From: Gemmatimonadota bacterium
GTDB taxonomy: Bacteria; Latescibacterota; UBA2968; UBA8231
Length of the DNA: 64,000 nucleotides
NCBI GenBank assembly: GCA_009841115.1
Contig: VXML01000034.1
Span: forward strand, 61,593 to 125,592
Reading direction: 5' to 3'
Under the pieces are notes generated by a model. That model was not told the DNA's origin. It saw only the letters and a program-made list of their open reading frames with translations, and made no database searches. This document shows, one piece after another, positions 55,539-64,000 of the stretch (within the stretch, counting starts at the first letter, position 1; each line of letters begins with the position of its first letter). The translations under genes were made by a program, and so were the position numbers.

Positions 55539-57143
55539 TCAATCTTCCATCACGTGCAACCGCTGATTGACGGCCAAGTCTTCAAGCACTTGTACCCCTC
55601 CGGCCGGCCAGTGAATCTCTAGTCGCTCAATGCCCTCGGCTGTTCCCAATCCAAATACGGGATCGCGCTGACTCGTCGAGAGGAAACCCGATCCCGCCTT
55701 TACCTCCCTGAACTGCTGACGTCCCCCAGCCCATAGATACAGGCGGGCACCGATGCCGTCGCGGTTGCTCTCTCTGCCCTCTAGCGCGACGGCGAGGTAA
55801 TTGCCTCGGGCACCGTCGTTGCGCAGCAGGGCGAAGCGGCGGCCGTTGTTGACGAGGGCAATGTCCAAGTCGCCATCTTGGTCGATGTCCCCAAAGGAAG
55901 AGCCGCGTACCACGTAGAAGGCGGAGAAAGCCGGGCCGCTTTCAGCAGTCACTTCGCGGAAGACGCCCGCGCCCCCATTGCGAAAGAGCTGTGCCTGTTG
56001 CGCGTAGGTCACCAATTCGTCGTACTGTTCGATGTTGTCGTGGACGTGGCCGTTGCCCACGAACAGGTCGAGGTACCCATCGTTGTCCGAGTCGAAAAAT
56101 CCCGTGCCAAAACCAAGATAGTTCAGGCTGAGGTCGCCGAGGCCGGCTTTAAAGCTGATCTCGGAGTAAAACGAGCCATCGTTGCGATATAGCCCGTTGT
56201 TTTCCAACTGGTAGTTGGTGACGAAGAGGTCGAGATCGCCGTCTTGATCTATGTCGCCGGCATCGACGCCCATGCCCGCTTGGCTAGCCCCGTCTGCGCT
56301 CAGCGCGGTCCCGGCCAGCAAGCCAGTCTCGGCAAAGGTGCCGTCGCCTTGGTTGACGTAGTGGAAATTGGGAGTCAAGTCGTTGGCCACGTACAGGTCG
56401 GGGTCGCCGTCCCCATCGAAGTCGCCAGCTACCGTGCCTAACCCATTGCCCTCGTGCGCGATGCCTGCTTGGCGGCTGACCTCGGAAAAGACGCCGCGGC
56501 CCTCATTGCGGTAGAGAATATCTGCCGTGGGCGCAAAGACCCTCGGGTCGCAGTAGAAGCGCAGCCCCATATCCTCGCGTCCGCACCAAGGCTGCTCCCC
56601 TAAGACAAAGCGGACATATTGCGCGGCGAAGAGGTCGAGGTCGCCGTCGAGATCGTAGTCGAACGCAACGGCGCTGGTCGTCCATCCTGCGTGTCCGAGG
56701 CCGACTGCGGTCGTCGCATCGACATAGCCGTCCCCTTCGCGACGGTAGAACTGATCTGGCCCCCACGCCGTCAGGTAGAGATCTGGGTCGCCGTCCCCAT
56801 CGTAGTCAGCCGCAGTCACCCCCATGCCATAGGAGGTGCCGGGCGCGCCGGCTGCGCCGTCCACCCGCACAAAGGCGCGGCCGTCGTTGCGAAAGAGCTG
56901 ATTAGAGGCGGTGCCCCGTCCCCGCTCCATGTCTCCGCTGTTGACCAAGTACAAGTCCCAATCTCCGTCATCGTCGTAGTCGAGAAAGGCACTGCCAGCG
57001 CCATTGGTCTCGGGCAATCGCTTTTGCGGCGAGGCCCCGTTTTGGTGGACGAAGTCGATGCCTAACTCGCGGGCGACCTCAACGAAGTGGCTCTGCCCAT
57101 AGCTAGCTGCCGACAGCAGGAGCACGAGCAGCAGGGCACCCAC
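55539..57143 (-). CDS. CRTAC1-family protein (FG-GAP/VCBS repeats plus ASPIC/UnbV C-terminal domain)
   Basis: Repeated DYDGDGDPDLY / DIDQDGDLDL calcium-binding FG-GAP motifs. C-terminal GIGARL...GSGFLS ASPIC/UnbV block. Signal peptide. Confidence 0.8.
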   Translation of the reverse strand: MGALLLVLLLSAASYGQSHFVEVARELGIDFVHQNGASPQKRLPETNGAGSAFLDYDDDGDWDLYLVNSGDMERGRGTASNQLFRNDGRAFVRVDGAAGAPGTSYGMGVTAADYDGDGDPDLYLTAWGPDQFYRREGDGYVDATTAVGLGHAGWTTSAVAFDYDLDGDLDLFAAQYVRFVLGEQPWCGREDMGLRFYCDPRVFAPTADILYRNEGRGVFSEVSRQAGIAHEGNGLGTVAGDFDGDGDPDLYVANDLTPNFHYVNQGDGTFAETGLLAGTALSADGASQAGMGVDAGDIDQDGDLDLFVTNYQLENNGLYRNDGSFYSEISFKAGLGDLSLNYLGFGTGFFDSDNDGYLDLFVGNGHVHDNIEQYDELVTYAQQAQLFRNGGAGVFREVTAESGPAFSAFYVVRGSSFGDIDQDGDLDIALVNNGRRFALLRNDGARGNYLAVALEGRESNRDGIGARLYLWAGGRQQFREVKAGSGFLSTSQRDPVFGLGTAEGIERLEIHWPAGGVQVLEDLAVNQRLHVMED

Positions 57144-57145
57144 TG

Positions 57146-58006
57146 CTATCCCCTGAACAGCGGCTCAATATGGTCCTTGGCGCGCAACAAACCTTCCTGT
57201 TGCAACTCGGGCGTCTGCCAGAAGTAGTGGTCTTCGAGTTCCACCGAGAGCACGCCATCGTAGCCCACGTCTTCGAGTCGGCGTATTACAAAATTCCAAT
57301 CCACTTCGCCTTCGCCGGGAATGGTATAGCGCCACCAGCCCTCGCCGCACACGTAGGTCGAACTGTATGCCTCGCCCAAGTTGCCGGATTCATAGAGCTT
57401 TTCCGGCATGATCTCGGTATCCTTGAGATGGACGTGCCGCACGCGGTCGCCAAACTCGTGCAAGAGCCGCTGATAGTCTATCTGCAAGCGCACGAAGTGG
57501 GAGGGATCGTAGCAGATGCCCAGCAGTTGCGATGGGCACGCTTCAAAAATCAAGCGCAGGCTCTCGGGTGAGCAGCCCAGATTGGGGTAGTGGGGCCGAC
57601 CGCCCGGCCAAGGTTCGATGGCGATATTGACGCCCACCTTCTCGGCGTGGGCCACGACCCGGGGATAAACCTTGGCAAAAATCTCAAAGGTCTCGGCTTT
57701 GGACATGCTGGGGTCGTCTGGGCCGAGCACAGTAAAGAGCGTGTGGCCGCCGTGCCGGGCTATCGCGCTCAAGTTCTTCTTGATCTCGCTCAAGCCCTTG
57801 CGGCGCTTGGCCGCGTCGCGGGTGAGGACCTGGCCGCCGCCGTCCGAAGAGCCAATAGCCAAGTCTAGTCGCTCGCAGGTACGGGCGATCTGCCGGGTCA
57901 AAGGCGGGGTATCGACCGCGCCAAAACCATTCTCGGCCAACCACGTGGCATAGGCGTCAAAGCCGATCTGGCGGGAAAATGGGGGCATGCGGGTGCCGAT
58001 TTTCAT
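57146..58006 (-). CDS. Sugar phosphate isomerase/epimerase (xylose-isomerase-like TIM barrel)
   Basis: 286 aa with IAIEPWPG, HVHLKD and SVELED metal-ligand blocks. Confidence 0.75.
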   Translation of the reverse strand: MKIGTRMPPFSRQIGFDAYATWLAENGFGAVDTPPLTRQIARTCERLDLAIGSSDGGGQVLTRDAAKRRKGLSEIKKNLSAIARHGGHTLFTVLGPDDPSMSKAETFEIFAKVYPRVVAHAEKVGVNIAIEPWPGGRPHYPNLGCSPESLRLIFEACPSQLLGICYDPSHFVRLQIDYQRLLHEFGDRVRHVHLKDTEIMPEKLYESGNLGEAYSSTYVCGEGWWRYTIPGEGEVDWNFVIRRLEDVGYDGVLSVELEDHYFWQTPELQQEGLLRAKDHIEPLFRG

Positions 58007-58027
58007 GGTGTGTTCCCTTCTATTGGA

Positions 58028-59140
58028 TTAAATGGGTATGCGGCGCTGCTTATCTGGATCGACCCACTGGGTTACTACCAGCGAGACAAGGGCTATGAGC
58101 GCGCCGCTGATAAAAATGATCTCGTAGCCAAAAAAGAGCCAGACGTAGCCGCCGACTAGGGGCGCGGCCACCGCGGCGACGTGGTTCATAGTCACCCCCA
58201 TGGAGAGGGTGGGCTTGAGTTCGTCTGGGGGTGTAATCTTATGCGCGTAGGTCGTCAGCGCGATTCCTCCGAAGAAAATGAGGTTGTCGAGGCAATAGAG
58301 CGCGTACAAACTCGGCCGGTGCTCCACGATCGCATAACCCAAAAAGACGAAGACCAACACGCTATAACTTAGCGTGAGCATCCGCCGCTCGCCAAAGCGA
58401 TCGACCAAGCGGCCCATCCACGCAGCCGTCAAGGTGATGAGCACTTGGTTGATCAGCACTAAGACCATGGTCGTCTCCACCGGCATCCCGTGTACTTTCA
58501 CGAGGGCGAAGATGGCGAAGGTAATGAACATCTGCTTGCGCAGGCCCTGGAGAAAATTCAGGGCGTAGAAGAGCAGATAGCGCCGCTTGAGCACCAAGCG
58601 CTTTTCGCCTGCGGGCGCGTCTTTGTTATCGGCCCAAAACAGGGCCAAGCCGCCCGCTGCCGTACACACTCCGGCCAAGACAAAGACCCCCTCGTAGCGC
58701 AAAAACTCCAGCGCCACCATGCACACGCCAATCGCCGCTAGCCATGCCAAGCTGCTGATGCTGCGCAACTGCCCCAGCCAGCGCCCCTTGTCTGCAGTCG
58801 GGCCGTAGGCTAGACCCATACTCTGCTCTAGCGGGAGCCAGCAGTGAAAGCCCAAGCTCCACACCAGCGAGAACGAGGCCAGCATGAAGACCGAGGACAC
58901 CTCTGCGTACGCGGCAAGCCCGATACCCATCACCACCAGTGCAATCGCAGCAACTTTCGGCGGGGCCCAGCGGACGATCAGTGCCAGAAAAAACGCGTTG
59001 AGAAAACCGGGAACTTCGCGCAGGGCCTCGACGTAGCCCAATTCGTGCGGCTCAATGCCCAGTCGCTCGACGATGAAGTTGTTAAACAGGGTTAGCTGCA
59101 CCCCGAAAAACACCCCCGTCCCAGCCACAGCTACGGCCAA
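58028..59140 (-). CDS. MFS transporter
   Basis: Polytopic with ~10-11 TM and an MFS-like GRLVDRFGERR loop motif. The start is uncertain: TTG in the track, and the in-frame upstream sequence has no canonical start. Confidence 0.65.
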   Translation of the reverse strand: MAVAVAGTGVFFGVQLTLFNNFIVERLGIEPHELGYVEALREVPGFLNAFFLALIVRWAPPKVAAIALVVMGIGLAAYAEVSSVFMLASFSLVWSLGFHCWLPLEQSMGLAYGPTADKGRWLGQLRSISSLAWLAAIGVCMVALEFLRYEGVFVLAGVCTAAGGLALFWADNKDAPAGEKRLVLKRRYLLFYALNFLQGLRKQMFITFAIFALVKVHGMPVETTMVLVLINQVLITLTAAWMGRLVDRFGERRMLTLSYSVLVFVFLGYAIVEHRPSLYALYCLDNLIFFGGIALTTYAHKITPPDELKPTLSMGVTMNHVAAVAAPLVGGYVWLFFGYEIIFISGALIALVSLVVTQWVDPDKQRRIPI

Positions 59141-59312
59141 AAGCGCGAAGTTTTTATTCCACTCTGCGAAAGGATTGGCGATGACAGCCCCCTTGTTGAT
59201 GCAGTGAATTCAAGTGTGATTTCCTCTCGCAGTCAACCAACTCAGCCACTTGACGCATGGATGGACAGCCGTTAAGCTACCGGCCCTAACCAACGCAAAG
59301 GAGATTGTTACG

Positions 59313-60056
59313 ATGACCGACGAACGCGTCTTTGTTGGCGACCTGACCCGCAAAGAATTCCGCGAGCGCATCCAAGCTGGCACGATCAAGGCCGCCATCG
59401 TGCCCACCGCCGCGACCGAACAGCACGACGAACACCTGCACATGATCCACGACACTTTCCACGCCAGCTATATGGCCGAGCACGCGGCCAAAAAGCTCCT
59501 GCCCCAAGTGGTGGTCGCCACACCGGTGAGCATCGGCGTTTCCGAGCACTGGATGGAGCATATTGGCACCCTGACCGTACGGCCGGAAATTTTCTGCGAA
59601 TACGTCTTCGATGTCTGCCATTCGCTCGTGCGCGCTGGCGTTGAGAACATATTGGTGCTCAACGGCCACGGCGGCAACGTCAAACCCATGATGCGCCGCA
59701 TTGACGAATATCGGGAAAAACTTGGCGTCAACCTCCGCTTCCAGTCCTATTGGGACGTGTACGACCCCGACTACGTGCAGCAACACATGGAGCGGGGACG
59801 CCTGCCTGGACACGCCGACGAATTTGAGACCTCGACAATGCTATACCTAGCGCCAGAGCGCGTGCAGACCGAGGCCATCGACAATCCGGCCGCGGCCTTG
59901 GGCACGCGCGCCAAGGGCGAGGCTCTAGTGGGGCCAGCCGTGGACGGGGTCGCCGCGCTGTTGGAGCAAATGATCGCCGGCGAAGAAATCGACCTGCCGC
60001 CGGTGACCTTCTATCCAGAGGGCAAGCGCAACCTCGTCACCGGCGAGCCGGTTTGA
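59313..60056 (+). CDS. Creatininase (creatinine amidohydrolase) family protein
   Basis: Start trimmed to MTDERVFVGDLT..., with AAAGGAG upstream. AIVPTAATEQHDEHL and LNGHGGN motifs. Confidence 0.8.
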   Translation: MTDERVFVGDLTRKEFRERIQAGTIKAAIVPTAATEQHDEHLHMIHDTFHASYMAEHAAKKLLPQVVVATPVSIGVSEHWMEHIGTLTVRPEIFCEYVFDVCHSLVRAGVENILVLNGHGGNVKPMMRRIDEYREKLGVNLRFQSYWDVYDPDYVQQHMERGRLPGHADEFETSTMLYLAPERVQTEAIDNPAAALGTRAKGEALVGPAVDGVAALLEQMIAGEEIDLPPVTFYPEGKRNLVTGEPV

Positions 60057-61092
60057 GCACGACGCCCAGCGCCTCGTCCGGCGACTCGACGAGTACATCT
60101 ACGGCCTCGGCGATCTCTTCGAGCGTAAACTCGTGGGTATAGAGCGGTTGGACGCGCAGCTTCCCGGCGGCTATGGCGCGCAGGCACTCGGCTAGGTTGC
60201 GCTGCGTCGGCCACCCGACAAAGACTTCGGGATACGCTTGACCGCGCTCGTAGGCTGGATCGTGATAGCCGGGACCAGTGCGTGCCGCACTCCGCACATC
60301 CACATTGCCCAGCGCTGACCCAAAGCCGTGCGTTACCTGCGCTCCCCCTACGAGGACAATGCGCCCCATGCGATGCGTATCCGGCGCTTGCTTTAGGCTC
60401 TGATAGATGGTTTCCAAGGCATCGCTGGCCTCGCCGCCAAAGGCAATGACGCCGAAATCCATGCCATACCCCTGGGTAAATTCCCCGGCCTGCTCGACCA
60501 TGTCCTGTACAGCCGGATCAACGACGCACTCTATACCCACCTGCCGGGCAATGTCCAGACGGCGCGCAAAGCGATCGGCCCCCAAAACGTGACAGCCGCT
60601 TAGCTGGGCAAATTGAGCCGTGAACTGGCCGACTAAGCCCAACCCGACGACGACCCCATTTTCCCCGTACAAAGGAGCTGTGCGGCGCACCGCGTGCAAT
60701 CCGGTCGCCGCCAGATGCACAGACGCGGCCTCGGCAAAGCTAACGCCTTCGGGTATGGCAACGCACAAATTCTGCGGTACACAGGCCCAATCGGCGTGCA
60801 AGGCGTACCCACCCCCCATGCAGGCCACGCCCTGCCCCACCTCGAATTGCTCCACCTCGGCCCCGATCTCCTCGACGACGCCCGCGTTGGTGTAGCCAAA
60901 GGGGCGCGGTGGCCGGTCGAGTTGGGGGTTTTCCCGCATGGCCCCCACCCTCCCGAGTTCGGTTCCTGGGCTGATCAACGAAGCCTCCACCCGCACTTTC
61001 ACTTCACCGGGGCCGAGGGCAGGCATGGTTTCCTCTAGACATACCCCCTGACCGCGGCCATCAATAGCCGCAACTTTCCGCTGCATAAGCAC
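60037..61092 (-). CDS. Zinc-type medium-chain alcohol/polyol dehydrogenase
   Basis: GroES-like N-domain (GPGEVKVRVEASLISPGTE) and Rossmann GLGLVG. Convergent 20-nt overlap with the creatininase gene. Confidence 0.75.
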   Translation of the reverse strand: MLMQRKVAAIDGRGQGVCLEETMPALGPGEVKVRVEASLISPGTELGRVGAMRENPQLDRPPRPFGYTNAGVVEEIGAEVEQFEVGQGVACMGGGYALHADWACVPQNLCVAIPEGVSFAEAASVHLAATGLHAVRRTAPLYGENGVVVGLGLVGQFTAQFAQLSGCHVLGADRFARRLDIARQVGIECVVDPAVQDMVEQAGEFTQGYGMDFGVIAFGGEASDALETIYQSLKQAPDTHRMGRIVLVGGAQVTHGFGSALGNVDVRSAARTGPGYHDPAYERGQAYPEVFVGWPTQRNLAECLRAIAAGKLRVQPLYTHEFTLEEIAEAVDVLVESPDEALGVVLKPARR

Positions 61093-61182
61093 CTCCTTCT
61101 CTCGCTGGTTGCGCCCTCGTGGACTGCTGCATTACTTATATGTACTTATATCGAATATGTCTATTGCCCTATTCGAGGCCCT

Positions 61183-61950
61183 GTGAACGTCATCATTGCT
61201 GCAATTTTAGGAGGTGTCCTCTTGGTCTGGGGTGGGTTTTTGGGCCTGCTCCGCATTGCGGATCCCTTTGAGCGCAAACACGTGCTGATCCTCGCGGCGT
61301 ACACTACTGTCGTCGTCGGCTGTGTCATGGGCTTGGTACTCTTTATCAATCACGAGCGGCAAAAGGAGCATCGCTATCAGCTAGAGACGCAAATGGAGGA
61401 CTTCTCCAATCGCCTCTCCGAACTGAGCACCCGGCTCATTGGCCAACTAGAGGAAAAAGCCAATCTGACCGCCTCTGAATTCGAGATCCGCACCCTCTTG
61501 CAAAACGAAAAGGATCATCACAAGCGCACCCGTAACCAATTAGCAACCCAAATAGATCACAACAACTCGCTGCAAAACAAAATGGAATCCGAGCGCAAGG
61601 AGCGGCTGCGCTACCAATCCGACACGGACCGCAAGCTCGAAGAACGCTTCCGGCAGGAGGACTTGCGCTACCAAAACCTCGCTGATACCCAAAAGCGCTC
61701 CTTGGCGAACGTGCTGGCGCAGTTCGGCCCCCTCAACAACGAGTTGTCTCGTCTGCAAGAACAAACCGCGACCTTGCAGCGCAATCAACAGGCGATCATA
61801 GACAAAATCGCCGCCAGCCGCGAGACCCAAACGCTCTCAGTCCAAAAACTCGACGCGCTCGCCCGCAGCCTGAGCGCCCTATACAACGACTTGAACCAAA
61901 CTATGGCCCAAGTTGATAGCCTATATCGCAGAACGTCGCCAACGCCTTAA
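61183..61950 (+). CDS. Membrane-anchored coiled-coil protein
   Basis: Two N-terminal TM helices, then ~190 aa of heptad-rich Q/E/R/L sequence. GTG start. No family recognised. Confidence 0.55.
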   Translation: MNVIIAAILGGVLLVWGGFLGLLRIADPFERKHVLILAAYTTVVVGCVMGLVLFINHERQKEHRYQLETQMEDFSNRLSELSTRLIGQLEEKANLTASEFEIRTLLQNEKDHHKRTRNQLATQIDHNNSLQNKMESERKERLRYQSDTDRKLEERFRQEDLRYQNLADTQKRSLANVLAQFGPLNNELSRLQEQTATLQRNQQAIIDKIAASRETQTLSVQKLDALARSLSALYNDLNQTMAQVDSLYRRTSPTP

Positions 61951-61960
61951 GGAGCTGACA

Positions 61961-62785
61961 ATGAAACGCACCTTCATCCCTTTCATCGCCCTGTTCCTTG
62001 CTGCCTGCACCAATAAAGAGCAAGAGATGCTCCTGCTCCAATTGCAAAGCGACATGGTCCGCGCCAACGCCACCATTGACTCGCTGACCTACTCGCTCGA
62101 CGACTCCAACCGCTTGCTCGATGACATGCGGGCGCAAGTAGATAGCACCCAACAGGTCAACGACAAGCTCCTCGAAAACGTGCAAAAGCTCAACAAGGAA
62201 CTGCGGCACTGGAGTAAACTGGCCACCGAATACAAGCAGAGTAATGAGCGGTTAAAGATCGAAATCGATCAGTTAAGACAGGAAAAGCAAGCAGACCGTT
62301 ACACCATCTCCCAGCTGCGCACCGAGACCGACCGCCTCAATGGCGAGCTGTTGGAAACCCACAGCAGCATCCGCCGCCAGAGCGATCACATCCGCCGCTT
62401 AGAGCAGGAGTTGGCCCAGACCAAGACCGAACTGGCCCAAGCCAAGTCCCGAGTCGCAGCACAAAACGCAGTGTACCTCTATGCTGCCAACGAAACCCAA
62501 CTCATAGAGCAGGGCTACCTCAAAACTCGTCGGCCCTTTGGCAGCGGGTTCCGCAAGCAGTACGAATTAGTTAAAAATATCCGCCCCGACAGCCCAGGTG
62601 CCCAAGTCGCGCCTATTGGCCAAACCATCTCGCTACCAGGTGAAATCGAGGCTCTCGTCGATCACTACGGCAGACTCAGGAAGGGGGATGACTACGAAAT
62701 GACGCACGGCGACGCCGGCGTGCAGGTCGCGTTCCTCAACGAGTTAGCCGGTGGCACGGGCGTCTTAGCGATACTCAAGGAATAG
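61961..62785 (+). CDS. Coiled-coil lipoprotein with a globular C-terminal domain
   Basis: Start trimmed to MKRTFIPFIALFLAACTNK (lipobox), with AAGGAG upstream. A long coiled coil is followed by a ~110-aa non-repetitive domain. Confidence 0.6.
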   Translation: MKRTFIPFIALFLAACTNKEQEMLLLQLQSDMVRANATIDSLTYSLDDSNRLLDDMRAQVDSTQQVNDKLLENVQKLNKELRHWSKLATEYKQSNERLKIEIDQLRQEKQADRYTISQLRTETDRLNGELLETHSSIRRQSDHIRRLEQELAQTKTELAQAKSRVAAQNAVYLYAANETQLIEQGYLKTRRPFGSGFRKQYELVKNIRPDSPGAQVAPIGQTISLPGEIEALVDHYGRLRKGDDYEMTHGDAGVQVAFLNELAGGTGVLAILKE

Positions 62786-62793
62786 CTTGGCCT

Positions 62794-63213
62794 TCACCAA
62801 GTGTGAACATAGACCGCCGAGCGCACCTTCTCCCCGGCTTGGTCGGTCGAAAGCAGCGAGTCGGCAAACGATGCGTGTTTGGCCAGCCGCTCGCGGCTAC
62901 CTCCTTTGAGAAATAAGTGCAAATTAGCTTCAGGTTCGGCGGCGAGGCGACGCACCATGCGGCGGAAATCCCACTCGCTCAAGGGGCTGTCGATGGTATA
63001 ACCATCGCGCGATAGCCCCATGCCTGCGCTCGTGTAGAGCACGACCCGATCCCCAGGCTGTGGATCGTGGCGGTGTACCCGCCAAACCGGTTGCGTCGCG
63101 TTGAGAATCATAATGCCCAAGCTCAACATCAGCATCATAATGCCCAAGAAGAGTTCCTTGCTAATATCGTGCTCTTCAAGTTCGGCGGCTTGACGCTTGA
63201 GATAGCGGCTCAC
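62794..63213 (-). CDS. ExbD/TolR-like small bitopic protein
   Basis: 139 aa: a charged N-terminus, one TM (LFLGIMMLMLSLGIMIL), then an ExbD-like periplasmic pattern (RVVLYTSA...DGYTI...LHLFLKGG...). Overlaps the upstream MotA/ExbB-like gene by 4 nt. Confidence 0.5.
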   Translation of the reverse strand: MSRYLKRQAAELEEHDISKELFLGIMMLMLSLGIMILNATQPVWRVHRHDPQPGDRVVLYTSAGMGLSRDGYTIDSPLSEWDFRRMVRRLAAEPEANLHLFLKGGSRERLAKHASFADSLLSTDQAGEKVRSAVYVHTW

Positions 63214-63995
63214 AATTTTCTATTCCTCTCTCTGACCCAAGCGTCCTCCTGCCGGGCCAGCCGCTGGACCAAGTAGTCGGCGATCTTGCGCAGCGGCAAG
63301 TAGGCCAAGAGTCCGACGAGCGTGGTCTTAAAGGCCAAAACCAAACCCTCGGCCATGGCGCTGAGCGCCTTAAAGGTCTGGGTCGCCTCGTCGATCTGAC
63401 TCAATTCCTGCGCGGTCAGCAGGATACCGCAGACCGTGCCCAAGTAACCGTACAGGGGAATCCGCGTCAGGTCGCGGCGCACGTGCGTCAAAGGATCGCC
63501 GAGAAAGCCCACCAACTCGTCCACCAACTCCTCGTCCCGGCTCTTGAGATCGCTGTAGTTGGCGGCTTGGCGTTGCAATTCCGCTAGCTTTTCCATTCTC
63601 CTGCGACCCAAGGTGTTAGCGCCGGGATCTCCTTTCCTCTCCCAAGCCCGTTCCTCGCGCCGAAGGTGCGAATTAATGTATGCCAAGCTCAACAGATGGC
63701 CACCAGCCGACCAAGCGATCAGCACGTATGAGAAGCGGCCAATCCACGCAAAGGGACTGGCTAGCTGCGGGTTGATAAAGAGGTAATAAGCGGCCAGTCC
63801 CCCGACAATTGACCCGGTCAGCAAGCCTATACTGCTAGCGAGGAATCGCAGGCGGGACACGTATAGAGAGTACGCTGCGTCGTACCGGCGCATACGCCGG
63901 GCTCGTCGTAAGTGCAAACAGCTAACGGTGACGCCACCAGCCAGTGTCAACAGGATGCTACTGCCTAATGCTAATTCGTCATTCAAGAGGTCCAT
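63210..63995 (-). CDS. MotA/TolQ/ExbB proton-channel family protein (atypical, about five TM segments)
   Basis: C-terminal signature PLYGYLGTVCGIL...ALSAMAEGLVLAFKTTLVGLL matches the MotA_ExbB channel helices. Three extra N-terminal hydrophobic segments. The start lies 5 nt from the window edge. Confidence 0.65.
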   Translation of the reverse strand: MDLLNDELALGSSILLTLAGGVTVSCLHLRRARRMRRYDAAYSLYVSRLRFLASSIGLLTGSIVGGLAAYYLFINPQLASPFAWIGRFSYVLIAWSAGGHLLSLAYINSHLRREERAWERKGDPGANTLGRRRMEKLAELQRQAANYSDLKSRDEELVDELVGFLGDPLTHVRRDLTRIPLYGYLGTVCGILLTAQELSQIDEATQTFKALSAMAEGLVLAFKTTLVGLLAYLPLRKIADYLVQRLARQEDAWVRERNRKL

Positions 63996-64000
63996 CCCTT

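Noticed and set aside
62794-63995. Zorya-type defence system (ZorA/ZorB)
   Set aside because: The MotA-like protein is only 261 aa and has no long ZorA tail. The partner lacks an OmpA/peptidoglycan-binding domain. No ZorC/D-like genes lie downstream, so an ExbB/ExbD-like assignment is more parsimonious.

Overview
This is a gene-dense, fairly GC-rich bacterial chromosomal segment with about 70 supportable CDS and 3 tRNAs. I found no rRNA, CRISPR array, integrase or transposase. Most of it is core metabolism and housekeeping:
- M16 peptidase pair, trmJ and gmd
- glycine cleavage genes gcvT and gcvP, with no gcvH in the window
- coaE, clpP, an EpmA-like ligase and clpX
- a CSD fusion protein, trxA and holA
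- a sigma-70 factor, rph, smpB and a DnaC-like ATPase

The largest functional block (26.5-38.8 kb) is a complete Alternative Complex III operon (actABCDEF plus a small ActG-like gene). It is fused to SCO1 and a caa3-type cytochrome c oxidase (ctaCDEF). The right third carries sugar and sugar-acid catabolism: two enolase-superfamily genes, two Gfo/Idh/MocA genes and two xylose-isomerase-like TIM barrels. It also holds an MFS transporter, a CRTAC1/FG-GAP protein and a discoidin/FlgD-like secreted protein. This gene repertoire fits an uncultivated aerobic heterotroph of PVC/FCB-neighbouring type, possibly Poribacteria- or Latescibacteria-like, but that is a guess.

Two visibly A/T-richer accessory islets stand out.
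1. 38.9-42.3 kb, directly after the cox terminator. It holds a decayed MNT/HEPN toxin-antitoxin (TA) module, whose HEPN gene is cut off after 20 codons where an A/T-rich cassette begins. That cassette encodes a protein with an unknown N-domain and a C-terminal GIY-YIG nuclease. Next come a UDG-superfamily-like putative glycosylase, an orphan gene, and a RelE/ParE TA cassette. The TA cassette is bracketed by a perfect 16-bp direct repeat that duplicates the 3' end of the neighbouring GroES-like gene.
2. 53.3-55.5 kb, holding vapBC, a CoiA-like zinc-ribbon nuclease candidate and a membrane/coiled-coil protein.

These two islets are the best candidates for an undescribed defence-type system. Family assignments come from motifs read in the translations, without database searches.
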